Origin: the human T2T-CHM13v2.0 reference genome, Homo sapiens
Assembly (NCBI RefSeq): GCF_009914755.1
Contig: NC_060925.1
Direction: 5' to 3' (one strand)
DNA length: 64,000 bases
A program made the translations under genes and the position numbers. Positions 51,089 to 63,700 of the stretch are shown here, one piece after another. The first letter of the stretch is position 1. Each line of letters starts with the position of its first letter. Below the pieces are notes generated by a model. The model saw nothing but the letters and a program-made list of their open reading frames with translations. It had not been told where the DNA came from and did not search any database.

Positions 51089-51769
51089 AGGGCCATTTAT
51101 GGGTGGGCTTCGGGAGGGCTGCACACCACCTAGATCCATACGTAAAATCCCATGCATACATTTCCCCTGGAAAGACACACAGCTCTCTTTGATTTGTTAG
51201 GGCCCCCACAGATGCGGGGACCCATGCTCCTCCAGGACCCATCTCTGGCAGATAGGGCTATTGGGACAGAGGACAGGCCACAAACACAGAAAGAAGGGGA
51301 ATGTGGAGAATGGGCCATCCATGAAGGGGCCAGATGGAGCCAAGAAGATATGGCAGAAAGATGTTTTGGAGGGTTTGGGAGACTGGCCATACCTCCTAGG
51401 TGTTACAGGCATCTTTAAGAACCTGATTTTTTTGGATCTATTCCCACAAGAATGTACATAATGAACACACACACCTTTGGTATACAGCTCTGGTACACGA
51501 GCCCCCGCTACCCCAAAGCCCATCCCTGGGCCTCTGGAGACCCTGATTCAGACTCCAGTTAGGGTACCTTGCTAGAGGAGAAGAGTTTGAGGACAGGGGG
51601 AGGGAACAGCACTAAATGCTGCAGACAGCTTGAGGCAGACTGACAATTAGGAAGACAAGGGCCATTGCTTTCGCTTCTGGCATTGAGGATTACAAGAGAG
51701 AATACGGGCGAAAGTGCTCTGTGGTTTTAAAAGTTAAATGACTTATCTTGTCATTTTTTTTTTGTTAAA

Positions 51770-52220
51770 CGCTATAAAGCAATATCTGTCCATGGTAGGA
51801 AAAAATGAGGAAATATGCAGATAAGCCAAAGGAGGAAAATCCCTTTAATCATATTATGCATAGATCGCCACGGCGGCCACCTGGGTATATGACCTTCTGA
51901 ACCTTCTTCTCTGTATTTTATTTGACATGAATGGGACCATAACATACGTAACGGTGTAACTCACATTTTCACGTGAAGAAGTGCTCATGAAACGTCTTTA
52001 CCAGCCACATAGAGTTCTGTTGTCTGGTTGTACTGCACCTTAACCAGTCTTCTGCTTCTGAACAAATTGTTTTGCATCGTTTCCTTCTTGGTAAACAATT
52101 CTGTAGTGAACATCCTTGGAGTTTCTTTTGTGCATCTGCTTCTATAGGGGAAAGTACGCCACAGACTCTAAACCGTAAAGCACTTTACTGATGTACACAT
52201 CTCAAACGCCTTTTATTTGA
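51770..52220 (-). mobile_element. Old L1ME-like fragment
   Basis: ATGGGACCATAACATAC, TTAACCAGTC, TAAACAATTCTGTAGTGAACATCCTTG. Confidence 0.55.
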
Positions 52221-52310
52221 TGCTGAATCTGTGTGAAGCTAGTCCTCAGCTATCCCATCCCACATCTGGGAACTGGCTTTAGGCAAGTTAATTCCCCACT
52301 CAATCAATGG

Positions 52311-52712
52311 CACATTGCAGAATGGAACCTTTCCAGTCAACATGGCTCACCATGTGTTTGCCAGCACACACCCAGTATGCCAGGCCAGCTGCTGATTGGG
52401 CAAATGGGGCCAGACACTGAAGTGGGCCCCATAGGCCCACCAAGAACAGGTCTTGCTTCCAGTTTATGGATGAGGGAACAGAGATTTAAAGGTCATACAA
52501 CTAGTAAGTAGCCCAACAATCATTCAGACTGGCTCTTCTGGGTACCTGATATGGTTTGGCTGTGTCCCCACCCAAATCTCATCTTGAATTTCCACATGTT
52601 GTGGGAGGGACCCAGTGGGAGGTAATTGAATCATGGGGGCAAATCTTTCCCATGCTGTTCCCGTGATAGTGAATAATTCTCATGAGATCTGATGGTTTTA
52701 AAAAGAGGAGTT
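52311..52712 (+). repeat. Left arm of the 402-bp inverted duplication (includes the THE1 5' part, 52548-52712)
   Basis: Reverse complement of 54382-54783, about 12 mismatches by hand count. Confidence 0.97.
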
Positions 52713-52843
52713 TTTTGTTTTGTTTTGTTTTTTTTTTTTAAAAAACTCCAGGGCCTGTGACCCTAACTAGTCCCATGTGTCGGATGATGCCTGGAGGCTG
52801 TCTGTGTGAAGGTGGTGGTCCGTATTTAAAGCATTCATCACTT

Positions 52844-52876
52844 GTGCTCGCTTTGGCAGCACCACATATACGAAAA
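52844..52876 (+). pseudogene. 3'-truncated U6 snRNA retrocopy
   Basis: GTGCTCGCTTTGGCAGCAC(CAC)ATATACGAAAA versus the U6 5' end GTGCTCGCTTCGGCAGCACATATACTAAAA; TSD matches at 13/16. Confidence 0.85.
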
Positions 52877-53403
52877 CATTGATTACTTAATACTTGTGTT
52901 CCATGCCGGACTAGAATAGAGGAAAAGGAGTTCCATTCCTGCTGCCGTTTGGCTCTCTAGCTTCGCAACTCTGGCCTCCTTGTATGTCCCTGAGGTGAGT
53001 TTATTTCTCGTGATGTTAAAGGGATCTGGAACTGCACGGTCGTCGGGCTGGAGATGTCACCTCCAGGCCTCTTCTGCAGACAAGCTGCTCCTATGTTCAC
53101 TTTCATTCTAAGGAAGGGCTCCGTTTTCTGGGGAAAGCTTCTCTTAAGCTCCACTGGCCTACAATTCTCAAATGAGAAATAGCTCTTGCCTTGAGTTGGT
53201 GTAAAGGGGATATCTTGGGCCCTTGGCTGAAAGCCTTTGAATTGTTAGTAGCTTGGAGCTTAAGAGTCTCTAGGATGGGTCTGGCATCATCACCCTCTAG
53301 ATCTAAATGGATATCCACCTTCCATTCTGCCTCTCAAATTGCAGACTTGGCCGAGCTGCTTAAGCATGTTGAGCCTTAGTTGTCTAGTCTGTGATATGGG
53401 AAT

Positions 53404-53787
53404 CGTATTAGTCCATTTTCATACTGATATAAAGAACTACCTGAGACTGGGTAATTTATGAAGAAAAGGGGTTTAATTGACTCACAGTTCTGGAGGCTGT
53501 ACGGGAACCATGGTTAGGGAGGCCTCAGGAAACTTACAATCATGGCCGAAGGTGAAGGGGAAGCAAGCATCTTCTTAACGTGGTGGAGTGGAGGAGAGAG
53601 AAAGAGTGAAGGGGGAATTGCTACCTGCTTTTAAACAACCAGATCTCATGAGAACTCACTATCTTGAGGACAGCAAGGGGGAAGTCCGCCCCCATGATCC
53701 AGTCACCTCCCACCAGGTCCCTTCTCCAACATTGGGGATTACAATTCAACAGGAGATTTGGGTGGGACACAGAGCCAAACCATATCA
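53404..53787 (-). mobile_element. MSTA/MSTB-type solo LTR
   Basis: GTATTAGTCCATTTTC...AAGAACTACCTGAGACTGGGTAATTTA...CCATATCA; TSD GGAAT. Confidence 0.92.
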
Positions 53788-54188
53788 GGAATTGAACTTC
53801 TACCTTCCATGCCTCATAGGAACATTAGAAAGCGAGTTCCATTGTCCTCTGTGGGTGAAGAACAAGTACCATATGTTTGGAAGAATGATTTGTCATAACC
53901 CACTTTCCCAGAAGTTGTTATTGTTCTGAAATTGAACTTTTGTTATTTTTGTCCTCATATTTTCTGAGAGCAGTATAGAATGTTAGGAAAGAGATTCAGC
54001 ATCTTCCTATGCTGGGTACCATGAGGTGTTCTTCTCAATACAATGCTATACCCCATTTATTCCTCATGGGATAAGCACCACGCTTCTTCCCGTTTTATAG
54101 GTAGAGCAGACTGAGGCTCAAGAGATAGCATGGTGTGTTCAAAGCCTAGGTTGTGGAGTCAGATGAGACACAACATGGGCTTGGGTAC

Positions 54189-54547
54189 TGTATTAGTCCG
54201 TTTGCACACTGCTGATAAAGACATACCCGAGACTTGGCAAGTTACAAAAGAAAGAAGTTGAATTGGACTTACAGTTCCATGTGGCTGGGGAAGCCTCACA
54301 ATCATGGCAGAAGGCAAGGAGGAGCAAGTCCTGTTTTACATGGATGGCAGCAGGCAAAGAGAGAATGAGCTTGGGCGGTAGAACTCCTCTTTCTAAAGCT
54401 GTCAGATCTCATGAGAATTATTCACTATCACGGGAACAGCATGGGAAAGATTTGCCCCCATGATTCAATTACCTCCCACTGGGTCCCTCCCACAACATGT
54501 GGGAATTCAAGATGAGATTTGGGTGGGGACACAGCCAAACCATATCA
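54189..54547 (-). mobile_element. THE1 solo LTR
   Basis: Full length; TSD GGTAC at 54184-54188 and 54548-54552. Confidence 0.95.
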
Positions 54548-54783
54548 GGTACCCAGAAGAGCCAGTCTATATGATTGTTGGGCTACTTACTAGTTGTATG
54601 ACCTTTAAATCTCTGTTCCCTCATCCATAGACTGGAAGTAAGACCTGTTCTTGGTGGGCCTATGGGGCCCACTTCAGTGTCTGGCCCCATTTGCCCAATC
54701 AGCAGCTGGCCTGGCATACTGGGTGTGTGCTGGCAAACACTTGGTGAGCCATGTTGACTGGAAAGGTTCCATTCTGCAACATG
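54382..54783 (-). repeat. Right (parental) arm of the 402-bp inverted duplication
   Basis: Reverse complement of 52311-52712. Confidence 0.97.
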
Positions 54784-55129
54784 TCTCTGATTCTTGATAG
54801 GAACATTTGGACTATCCCCTTTTGTCCTGGGAGATAAGAGGACGCACCTAATAGGTTGTTGTGACAATGAAATGAGCAAATGCAGGTAAATTTCCTAGAG
54901 CAGTTGACAGCACAGATGTACACTGCCTTGCTGGTCCTTCAGGTTCTTAGATTTCAACCCTCTCATCCCACTGTGACAGGGATGCTTGTAGGGTCCTTTG
55001 CCCTAACTCACTATGGCTCCAGATAGTTGTTAGCTAGTTTATATCTGCTATTCTTCATCTCAATCTTCACTTCTTACAGTTATTAGTATCTTTTTTTCAC
55101 TCCACTCTTTTATTTCTTAATTTGATGGG

Positions 55130-55737
55130 TGTGTTAGTTTTTTCCTTGTTGCATAACAAATGACTACAGATTTAGAGGCTGAAAACAGCATTAATTTGTT
55201 ATCTCACCATTTCCTTGGGTCGGGAGCCCAGGCAAAGCTTAGCTGGGTCTCCTGCTTGGATCTCACAAGGCCACAGTCAAGGTGGTGACTGGGCTGTGTT
55301 CTCATCTAGAGGCTGGAGTTGGGAGAGAAGTGCTTCCACACTCATCTGGATTGCTGGCAGGATTCATTCCCTGTGGCTGTGTGACTGAGGGCTCCAGCCT
55401 ATTTCTGGCTCTTGGCTGGGCCTGTCCTTGGGTGCTGCAGGTGGCCCTGAGCCCCTAAGAGGCTCCCGCAGGCCTCTGCCATGTGGTCCTCTCCATAGGC
55501 AGAGCCCAGCATGGTGCTTTGCTTCTTCAAGGTGGACAGGGTGTCTCTCTCCAGCCTGTTCAGACAGAGTCTAACAGGAACAGGAGATAGAATGAAACGC
55601 CATCACAGGAGAGAGGATTTATCACCTCTGCCTTACCCTATTGATTAGAAGGAAGCTGCAGCTCTCACCCACCCTCAAGGGGAGGGAATTATACAAGTAT
55701 GTGGATCACTGGGTTCGCCTTCAGGCGTGTCTGCCTT
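55130..55737 (-). mobile_element. MLT1D/E-type LTR
   Basis: TGTGTTAGTTT..TTGCATAACAAATGACTACA; CTTAGCTGGG..TCTCACAAGGC..TCAAGGTG. Confidence 0.8.
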
Positions 55738-56065
55738 GGTGAGTTTAGTAAGCTGACAGCTTATTGAAATACAAAATAAGAGTTATTAGTTTAAAGCAGA
55801 TACAATGCATTTTGACCATCAGATGTCTGTTTGTCTTGTGGTTCTAGGCTGTGTTCTGGAGAGTGAAGGGTGCCAGATAAATAAGTTATTTAGCCTGTTA
55901 CTTAGCCTGTTACTGTTTGTTTTTTGTGTCTAAATGGCCTGAAGTGAGAGGAAGAATGGAGAACAGGGGAGGAAAGTGAGCAGGACCTCAAAAGGGATAG
56001 AGGAGAGAGGGGACATATACATGGACCTTCTTTACGTACATATGCAAATGCCTTTTGATAGACAA

Positions 56066-56376
<311 letters not shown>

Positions 56377-56399
56377 TGACAGTTTTAGATAAGTGCATA

Positions 56400-57620
56400 A
56401 ATGTTACATTTATAAAGTTCAGTATATTTTTTCCCTTGTTTTGTTTATCTCCTAACCCTCCTTCAGTGACATCCCCCCTCACTCCCACCCTGGAACTCAT
56501 GCTAATGATCTCATATAGATCTCTTTCATACTTTTCCATGCTCTTATAGTCAGTTACAAACATATATGAATGCTTTCCTGGATCTTTTCTTATTCAACCA
56601 TGTCCTATGGAAATCCTCCCACCTCAATAGCTGTAGATCTAGTGCATTCTTTTTTTTTGAGACAGTCTCATTCTGTCACTGGGGCTGGAGTGCAGTGGAG
56701 TTATCTTGGTTCACTGCAGCCTCTTCCTCCCAGGCTCAAGCAATTCTCATGCTCAGCCTCCCAAGTAGCTGAGATTACAGGTGTGTGCCACCACGCCCAG
56801 CTAAATTTTTTTCTGTATTTTTAGTAGAGACAGGGTTTCACCATGTTGGCCAGGCTGGTCTCCAACTCCCAGCCTCAAGTGATCCTCCTGCCTTGGCCTC
56901 CCAAAGTGCTGGGATTACAGGCGTGAGCCACACCGCGCCAGGCCTCTAGTGCATTCTTTTAACAGCTACATAATATTCCAGTGCGTGGGTGTGCTGTAAT
57001 TCAACTGACCATTCCCTATTGATGGGTATTTGTTTCATTTCTCATTTTTTTTTTTTTGCCATAATAAATAGCACCAAGATAAACTTCCTTGCACGCACAT
57101 ACATCCTACAGAGCTAGTTTTATTTCTCTGGGGTATAATCCCAGGCATTGGATTGCTGGGTCAAAAGGTTTGTGTGCTGTTAATTTTAATAGCTGTTGCC
57201 AGCTGGATTTCCCCAGAGGCTGTAATACTTCACATTTACCCTGGTAATTTGAGAGAGGTCGTTTTCCTGTATCTTGCCAGCAAGAGATGTTATTGGCCTT
57301 GTTAGTTTTGTGGGGGCTGAGAGGTATAAAGTGATCTCATTGTTGCTTTCCATTTTCATTTCCCTGACAAGCAGGGGGGCTGAGCAGCCTTTCATCTGTT
57401 TGGCCCTTTGGCCGTGCTCTTGTGAGTTGCATCTGTGGATCCTTTGCTCATTTCCCCGTTGGGTCCTCTGCTCCTTCTTGTCCACTGTCAGCCCTGTGTA
57501 TAGCATAGATATCAACCCTCTTTTTGCCTTCTGTGTAGCAGTTATTTTGCCAGAGATGTTGTGTGTTCATTTTGTTTATGATATCCTTTGCTATGTAGAA
57601 GTTCTTATTGTTAGTCAGTT
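56400..57620 (-). mobile_element. L1ME 3' region interrupted by an Alu (56651-56944, minus strand)
   Basis: CATTCCCTATTGATGG, GGATTGCTGGGTCAAA, TCTCATTGTTG..CATTTCCCTGA; Alu TSD TCTAGTGCATTCTTTT. Confidence 0.8.
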
Positions 57621-58319
57621 TAAAAAAAATCTGTGTCTTCTTCTGCAGTCTCTGGGTCCCCAAGGTTGGTTAAGAAGCCTCCTTTCCACCCCCTGCTCCT
57701 GCCACATGCCTACCTTCCTTTCACATCCACAGCTCTGGACTGGGGCCGGGAGTCAAGGTGGGCTGCTGCCTCAGCTCAGAGCTTCCCAGCCAGGATACAA
57801 GTGTGCCCAGCTCTGATGCCCTCAGCCCTCGGAGCAGCCAGGCAGGGCCTGGGGTAGCCAAAGCCTGAGGAAGATCACTGCCTGCCATGGACGGCCTCAT
57901 CCCTTTACCCCGTACAAATATTTTCTGTTTTCCAAGTTTGCATGCTTCAAGGATGACAGCTGAGTCAGCCAGGTGCAGAGGAGGAGGGTGGTATGAGAGA
58001 ATTCCTGGAGGAAGAAACAGCAAGAGGAGTGGGGTGGGGGGTCTTGTCCTACCTGAGGAGTCCCACCCTGGGCCATAGGAAGAGGTGGGCACAGGGGAGC
58101 AATGGGCATGTGGGGAGGTGTACCACCAGGCTGCAGAAGGCCCAGTGCAAACCAGAAAGGAACCCAGAGTGGGTGCCCACCATAGCGGGGATGTTGGGGA
58201 GAGGAGAGTTGGACACTTTGCCTCCTTTTTAGTACATCTGAGGTGGGAGGGGCAGGGCCCCTGTGTGACAGCTGACCTCCTGGCATGGCTCAGGTCATCT
58301 CTCCTGGCTGCTCTTGATC

Positions 58320-58550
58320 AGTGGTCATCAAAGAGGTATACACGAATTTGCAGGAGAGTTTGAGAAGACCTGCAGAGTGCAGGAGACAGAATTAGAACTG
58401 CATTTCTATTTATGTTCTCATTTCTTCCTCTAAAGGTGTATTTTTGTGTGTGTTTAATGATGTACATAATATTAAGAAGGCAGTGCATGTTCTTAATTAT
58501 AAACAAATATGTATCAGGACATATACATAATCAGAGTTTGGAGACAACTG
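58320..58550 (-). mobile_element. MER112-like hAT MITE
   Basis: CAGTGGTC.TCAAAG ... AGTTTGGAGACAACTG termini around an AT-rich core. Confidence 0.65.
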
Positions 58551-59194
58551 CTCTTAGTGGCATGATGTATGGCAGCCCTTGGTCCTCTTACCTTCAGCGA
58601 CTCCCAAGAGCGAGGGGATCCCCTGACATAGAAGGGAGGGATGCTCGTGTGGGCAGGGGAGGACTGGGAAAGTGATTGCTGGGAAGGGAATAACTTCTCC
58701 CATGCTCCCAGAAGGGCCATCTCCTTCTCACATATCACCCCTTAGAGCAGTCCCTCTCAGTGCCCCTTGCATGTTATTCTAGCCCCCTTTTTTCTTTCCA
58801 AGATATCTTCTAATTTGTAGTGATTTTGCCTATTTACCTTTTTCCTATTTCCCCACTAGACTGTAAGCTCTGTGAGAGCAGAGATGGGATGTTTCAGTCT
58901 TGGTGGTGTCCCCAGCACTTAGCACAGTGCCAGGCAACAAAACTGGCCCTCAATACAGAGTTGGGGAGCGTAATGAGTGGATGTTCCAAGCACATGTTAG
59001 TGTTTTCCATACCTTATTTATTTCTATGTCCTTGAAGGTAGACATCATCATCTCCATTTTGTAGGTAAGAAACTTGGGTTCAGAGAGGTTGAGTAATTTA
59101 CTCTAGGTCACACAGCTGTTTGTGCCTAGAGGTGGGAGAAAGAGAGATAACATTTTCCAAGTACCTGCTAAATGCCTGGCTCTGACCATACCGT

Positions 59195-60707
59195 TGTTAT
59201 AGGACCTTTGGGGTGTCATTTTTCTGGCTGGAAACCTCTGTGGCTGGTGGCACCTTTGCCTGAGTTTTGCTTAGGCCTGCTGGGCTCATTTCACGCACTC
59301 AGCCTGGAAGGCTGCACTTGGCTCATGCCACTGGCCTGGGTCCCACGCCTGCCAAGGGAGAGTCAAGTGTGGAATGGCAAGGGGTGTGTGAGCAAGCGTG
59401 GTGTGTGGCCACTGCACACAGTCAGACATGCCAGCTGCTGCAGTGGGGCAGGCAGCTCTGGGTGCCAGCACAGGTGCCAGCTCTCTGTGGGTCTGTGGCT
59501 GGACCAGGTGTACCACAAGCAGCTTCCACGGCTGGCACCGGGGAACACAAAGGCACTCGGAAGCTTGGAGATGCCAGGAACCACAGGGCCCCAGTGAGGG
59601 AGTCACAGCCCTGGCATGGGGAGCTCCCAGGTCTGGGCTCCCTGAAGGGCCACAGCTCTTCTCTTCTTCTCTTCACCTGCAATGTGGTGAGCAAGGGTCA
59701 TGTTTCAGCCCTGTTTGTGTTACAGCTCTTTTAGCCTCATTCAGTGGTTCCCAAGTTCTTGTCCCATGCCCTGGAAGAATGAGATAGGCAGACAAACAGA
59801 AGGTGAGCAAGACGAAGAGGAGCTTTATTGAGCAAATATAGCTCAGTGGAGGCCCTGGAGTGGGTAACTCCTCTCTGCAGCCTGTTGTCCCGATGTCTGC
59901 TCAGCTCTGGCTGATCCCAGGGCTTTTATGGGCCTCAGAAAGTGCATGCTGATTGGTCCATGGGCACCCATGGGCGGGCCCAGAAAAGGCACCACAAGTT
60001 CCCACTCTGTGAGACTGGCATCTGGCCCCCAGCCTTCAGGTCCTCCCTGATCTGAAGGTGGGGCCTCACCAGGGACCCACCCCCTTCTACCCAGGAAACT
60101 GTCTGCCTCCTGCTGCTGTTCATAGTGCCCCAGGCTGTAGGTGCCAAGGGGCACCTGCAGGCCAGTGCCAAGTTGCCCTTAGCCCTCCCTTGGCTTCCCT
60201 CCTGTGCTCATCAGCATCCAAAATTCAGAGGGGGCTGAGGCAGCAGGAGGCTGGTGTGTCAGCACTTTCCTGACCGTGTGCACATCTGGCTGGGCTGTGA
60301 CAGGGCCTGGGCTTGGCCTTGACTTTGCTCTGAGATTGGAGCAGATGCTAACAGCAGGGGGAAGCCAGGCAGTGGGAGCAGGCTTTTCTGAGCCTATGAG
60401 GGTTGGGGGGAGGGGGCCTTCCTGGGCCCCTAAGAGTGCAGAGATGACTGGGTGGCTGCAGCTGTGCCTGGCAGGGGGTGGGGCCGGGCTCCTGCCTACT
60501 CCATGGAGCAGGAGGCCTGGGTCTGCTGCCATAGTTCAGACAGCTGCAGCGGCACCCAGGGATCTCCTGCCCCAACTCGGAAGGGGCAGGCCTCCTGCTT
60601 GTCCCCAGCTCCCGCCAGCTCCACGGAGTGTACAGCCCTGGCCACGCCTCCCTGCTGCAGCAGGCGTGATGGCAGCAGCTGCTTCAGATGGCTCGCTGCT
60701 GCCATCA
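59195..60707 (-). mobile_element. MER52A-type (ERV1) solo LTR
   Basis: ~1.5-kb GC-rich LTR; the minus strand begins TGATGGCAGCAGCG and ends TAACA; AATAAA on the minus strand at ~59824-59829. Confidence 0.85.
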
Positions 60708-63700
60708 CCTTGATACCACCTCATTGGCTACGAAGAGGAAACTGTGTTCACAGAATAGTAAACTGAGACTCAGAGATGAGAAGCAGCTTTCCAGGGCCAC
60801 ACAATTAGGGAGTGGAAGATCCGGGATTTGAACACAGGTCTGTGTGAATCCTAGGCACATTCTCTTGCCACCACCCCAGCAGCAATTTCCTTTATTTTGA
60901 GTCAGCTCAAGTGCCTGGTGGTGGCTCTGAGGTCTGCATCGGGCACATCGGGGTGCAGAGTGAATGTGGGTTCCCCTGGCAGATGCCTCCCTGAGGGGCC
61001 ATCAGCATGGTGAGGAGGCTGGCTAGATCAAGCCGCCCTGCGAGTGGGCACCGGGCCATGGGCACCAGGCCCCGAAGCCAGCCTGATTTGCCTGTGGAAC
61101 GAGGAGGGTGATGTTTTATGCATGGTGCCTAATTTTGCCCTGGCAGTCTCTGGCTATATTTAACACCATTAATCATTATTGTTGGCTCCCAGGGGGATGG
61201 ATCCCTGATTAGTGTCAGAAACACATCTTATGAGGAAGAGAGAGGGAAAAAATAAGAGCTTCACCCCCAACTTGATTTCTTCCAACTGAAGCCGGGACTC
61301 CCATTCCTGCCACCATCTCTTTGCTATCTGCAGAGTTTGTGACTTGTGGCATCCTTGGCTTGGGATCCTGCCCCCCCTCATCAACCCCATCAGGAACCCT
61401 TATCATTGGGGCTGGAGCCAGGGCCTCTTAACCCCAATGGGCCCCTCTCAGTTCAAAGAAGAGGAGCCCCTCTTTGCATCAAAGCACTGTGTGGCTCAGC
61501 CAGGTCAGGACAGCTGCCCCAGGTGGAGCTCAAGAAAGGGTGGACCAGGCGCTTATTAGGCTCTTGCAGTAGGCAAGTCTCGCTGCTCAGTACCTTACCT
61601 GCCTTATTCCAGTCATCCCGACTCTGACCTTCCTAACGGATGTGTTTTTAACCCTTCTTGACAAATGGGGAAACTGAGGCTTGGAGTTAGCTTTCATAGG
61701 CCCATGGCTGGTTTGATCAAATGTGTATAATCACCCCCTCTCCATTTATAAAGTACCATGTGAACATTGTGTAACCCTGTGGTTTTGCCTTCAAATATCT
61801 GGAAGGGTCTTCAGACCATATCCAATACAGGCAAGCGTCCATCTTTCTGATAATCAAACATCACCATGCATATAGACCAGAGATTCGTGTACAACATTCA
61901 TGTTCTGCTGTCTTCGGGCCTCAGATAAGGAGCTTGAAGCCCCTTCTGCTTATCTTCATCCTCCTCCTAACTCTGCCGTTTGACCCCCACTCCCTTGGGG
62001 CCCTGCTCATCCTGCCATTACCTTTGTGTTGACATTGGGACAGTGGCTCCTTGTCTCCTCTTGGAGATCGTGAGGCTCTTTCCTGAGCAGAGTGTCTGCC
62101 CTCCTGCTCATCGTGATGACTTTTCTTGACATGACTTTAGGGCTCACTAAGAACCTTCCCTAGCAGGGGTGTATATGGGAGACCAAAGAGAAGGCAAGGA
62201 CAGAAGACCCTGTTATCATCCAGGGAGGTGGCAGACTGAAGATCCCAGAGAACTAGACAGAGGTCAGTGGAGAGTGGAGACAGGAGGACATAGGCTCTCT
62301 CTCTGGGGTGTGGGAAGGGACAGGACCACCATCAGGTTCACATCTGCATTTTTTGGGGACCAAAGGCTTCTTGCCCTGGGAGAGAGAAAGCAGGGGCGGG
62401 ACAGTTGGTCCCCTCCCATCCACCCTGCCCAAGCCTGTCCTGAGTGGTGTCTTCTGACTTTCTTGCACTGTCGAGGGGACAATAACCACACAAATGACAA
62501 CAGATGCCGGCCTGGGAATGGAACAGCATTTCCTAAGCAAGGGCTGGACTTCCCTCTCTTTTGTGCCAGATCTAGTGTCTCCAGGTTAGACTGCATTGGG
62601 TGCTCTTGGTCTGAAATGTTCAAATCCTGGGGCTCCCTGGAAGGGTCTGGAGTGGCCATCTGGAGCCCTCTTACTCTTGCATATGTGGAGCTGATGCACT
62701 GTGAGCACCTACTGTGTGCACAGCCTGTGCAAAAGGTTTTATCTGCGCAGCTAGTTAACTGAGGAGTCTTAATGCTTTATGGGTAAAACCAGGATATGGT
62801 TTTCATTTTTCCACTTGTTGCTTTTAATGGAATTCCTTCAAGTTCTCCTTTTTTTGAGCCTTAAGGTCCTCAGGCAGATTTCATTATTTTCCGGCCATTT
62901 CCAGTTAAAATATAATCTGATTTATTTTAGAACCTGGGACCTCACATCTCATCTAAAGCACTCTAAACCCTTCCCCTACAGCTTTTCCAGGCTGCTCCAG
63001 GAGTGGGGAGAAGGAAGGAATCTCACTCTCTATTGGACAGGCAGGTTGCAGAGGGTGAGTGGCCACCTACCCTGGTCTGGGTTAGCTCTGCCTACTCTGG
63101 TGATCTTCTGCTGTGGTGGCACCTCCTGGCTCCTGTTCCCTGACAACCTCCACCTCCCGGCCTGTGTCACCTCTCCTGGCCCATGCTCTGCTCTCTGCAA
63201 GGTTGGCATCCTTTGTGTAGAATATGTGTGGGGAGAATTGGTATTGGGGGTGATTCTGTTGGCTTGCGGTCAGTGCTGCCTGGTAGAGGATGGGAAGGGG
63301 GCAGGTCTGGCTCCAGTTGTGAGTAGCTTCTTGTCAGCTCTCTTTAGAATCTCGGGATACTTGGCCCTCCTTGTCCTTCATTTTGGCTTCAGCTGTCATT
63401 CCAGGGCACCATGAAAAGTCCCTCTCACATTCTGTTATGTGGCAATCTCTCTTGCTGACGCCTCACAATCACCCTGTTTATGGGATTATTCCTATGGACA
63501 GATGGGGAAATAGAAGCTCAGAGAGATGCAGTCGCTTGGCCAAGGCTGCTCAGCAGTGGAGAGTGGGTAATATCTGAACCTAGGTCTGGCTGACCTTAAA
63601 GCCCGTGGTTAAGAGCCCAGTGGAGTGGAATCACAGTACTGCCATTTCCTAGCTGTGTGACCTTGGACATAGTTACTTAACTTCCTTTTCCTCATCTATA

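Noticed and set aside
52961-52994. Possible 34-nt + strand exon (TAG|...GAG|GTGAGT); also an acceptor at ~39670
   Set aside because: Isolated splice-like signals are common and have no supporting frame or homology.
52233-54879. Two near-identical peptides on opposite strands
   Set aside because: A consequence of the DNA inverted duplication; no coding evidence.
59172-60766. Dense cluster of overlapping ORFs
   Set aside because: All lie essentially within the GC-rich MER52-type LTR.
62779-63414. 211-aa Leu-rich ORF on the + strand
   Set aside because: No recognisable homology; its composition reflects T-rich strand skew.
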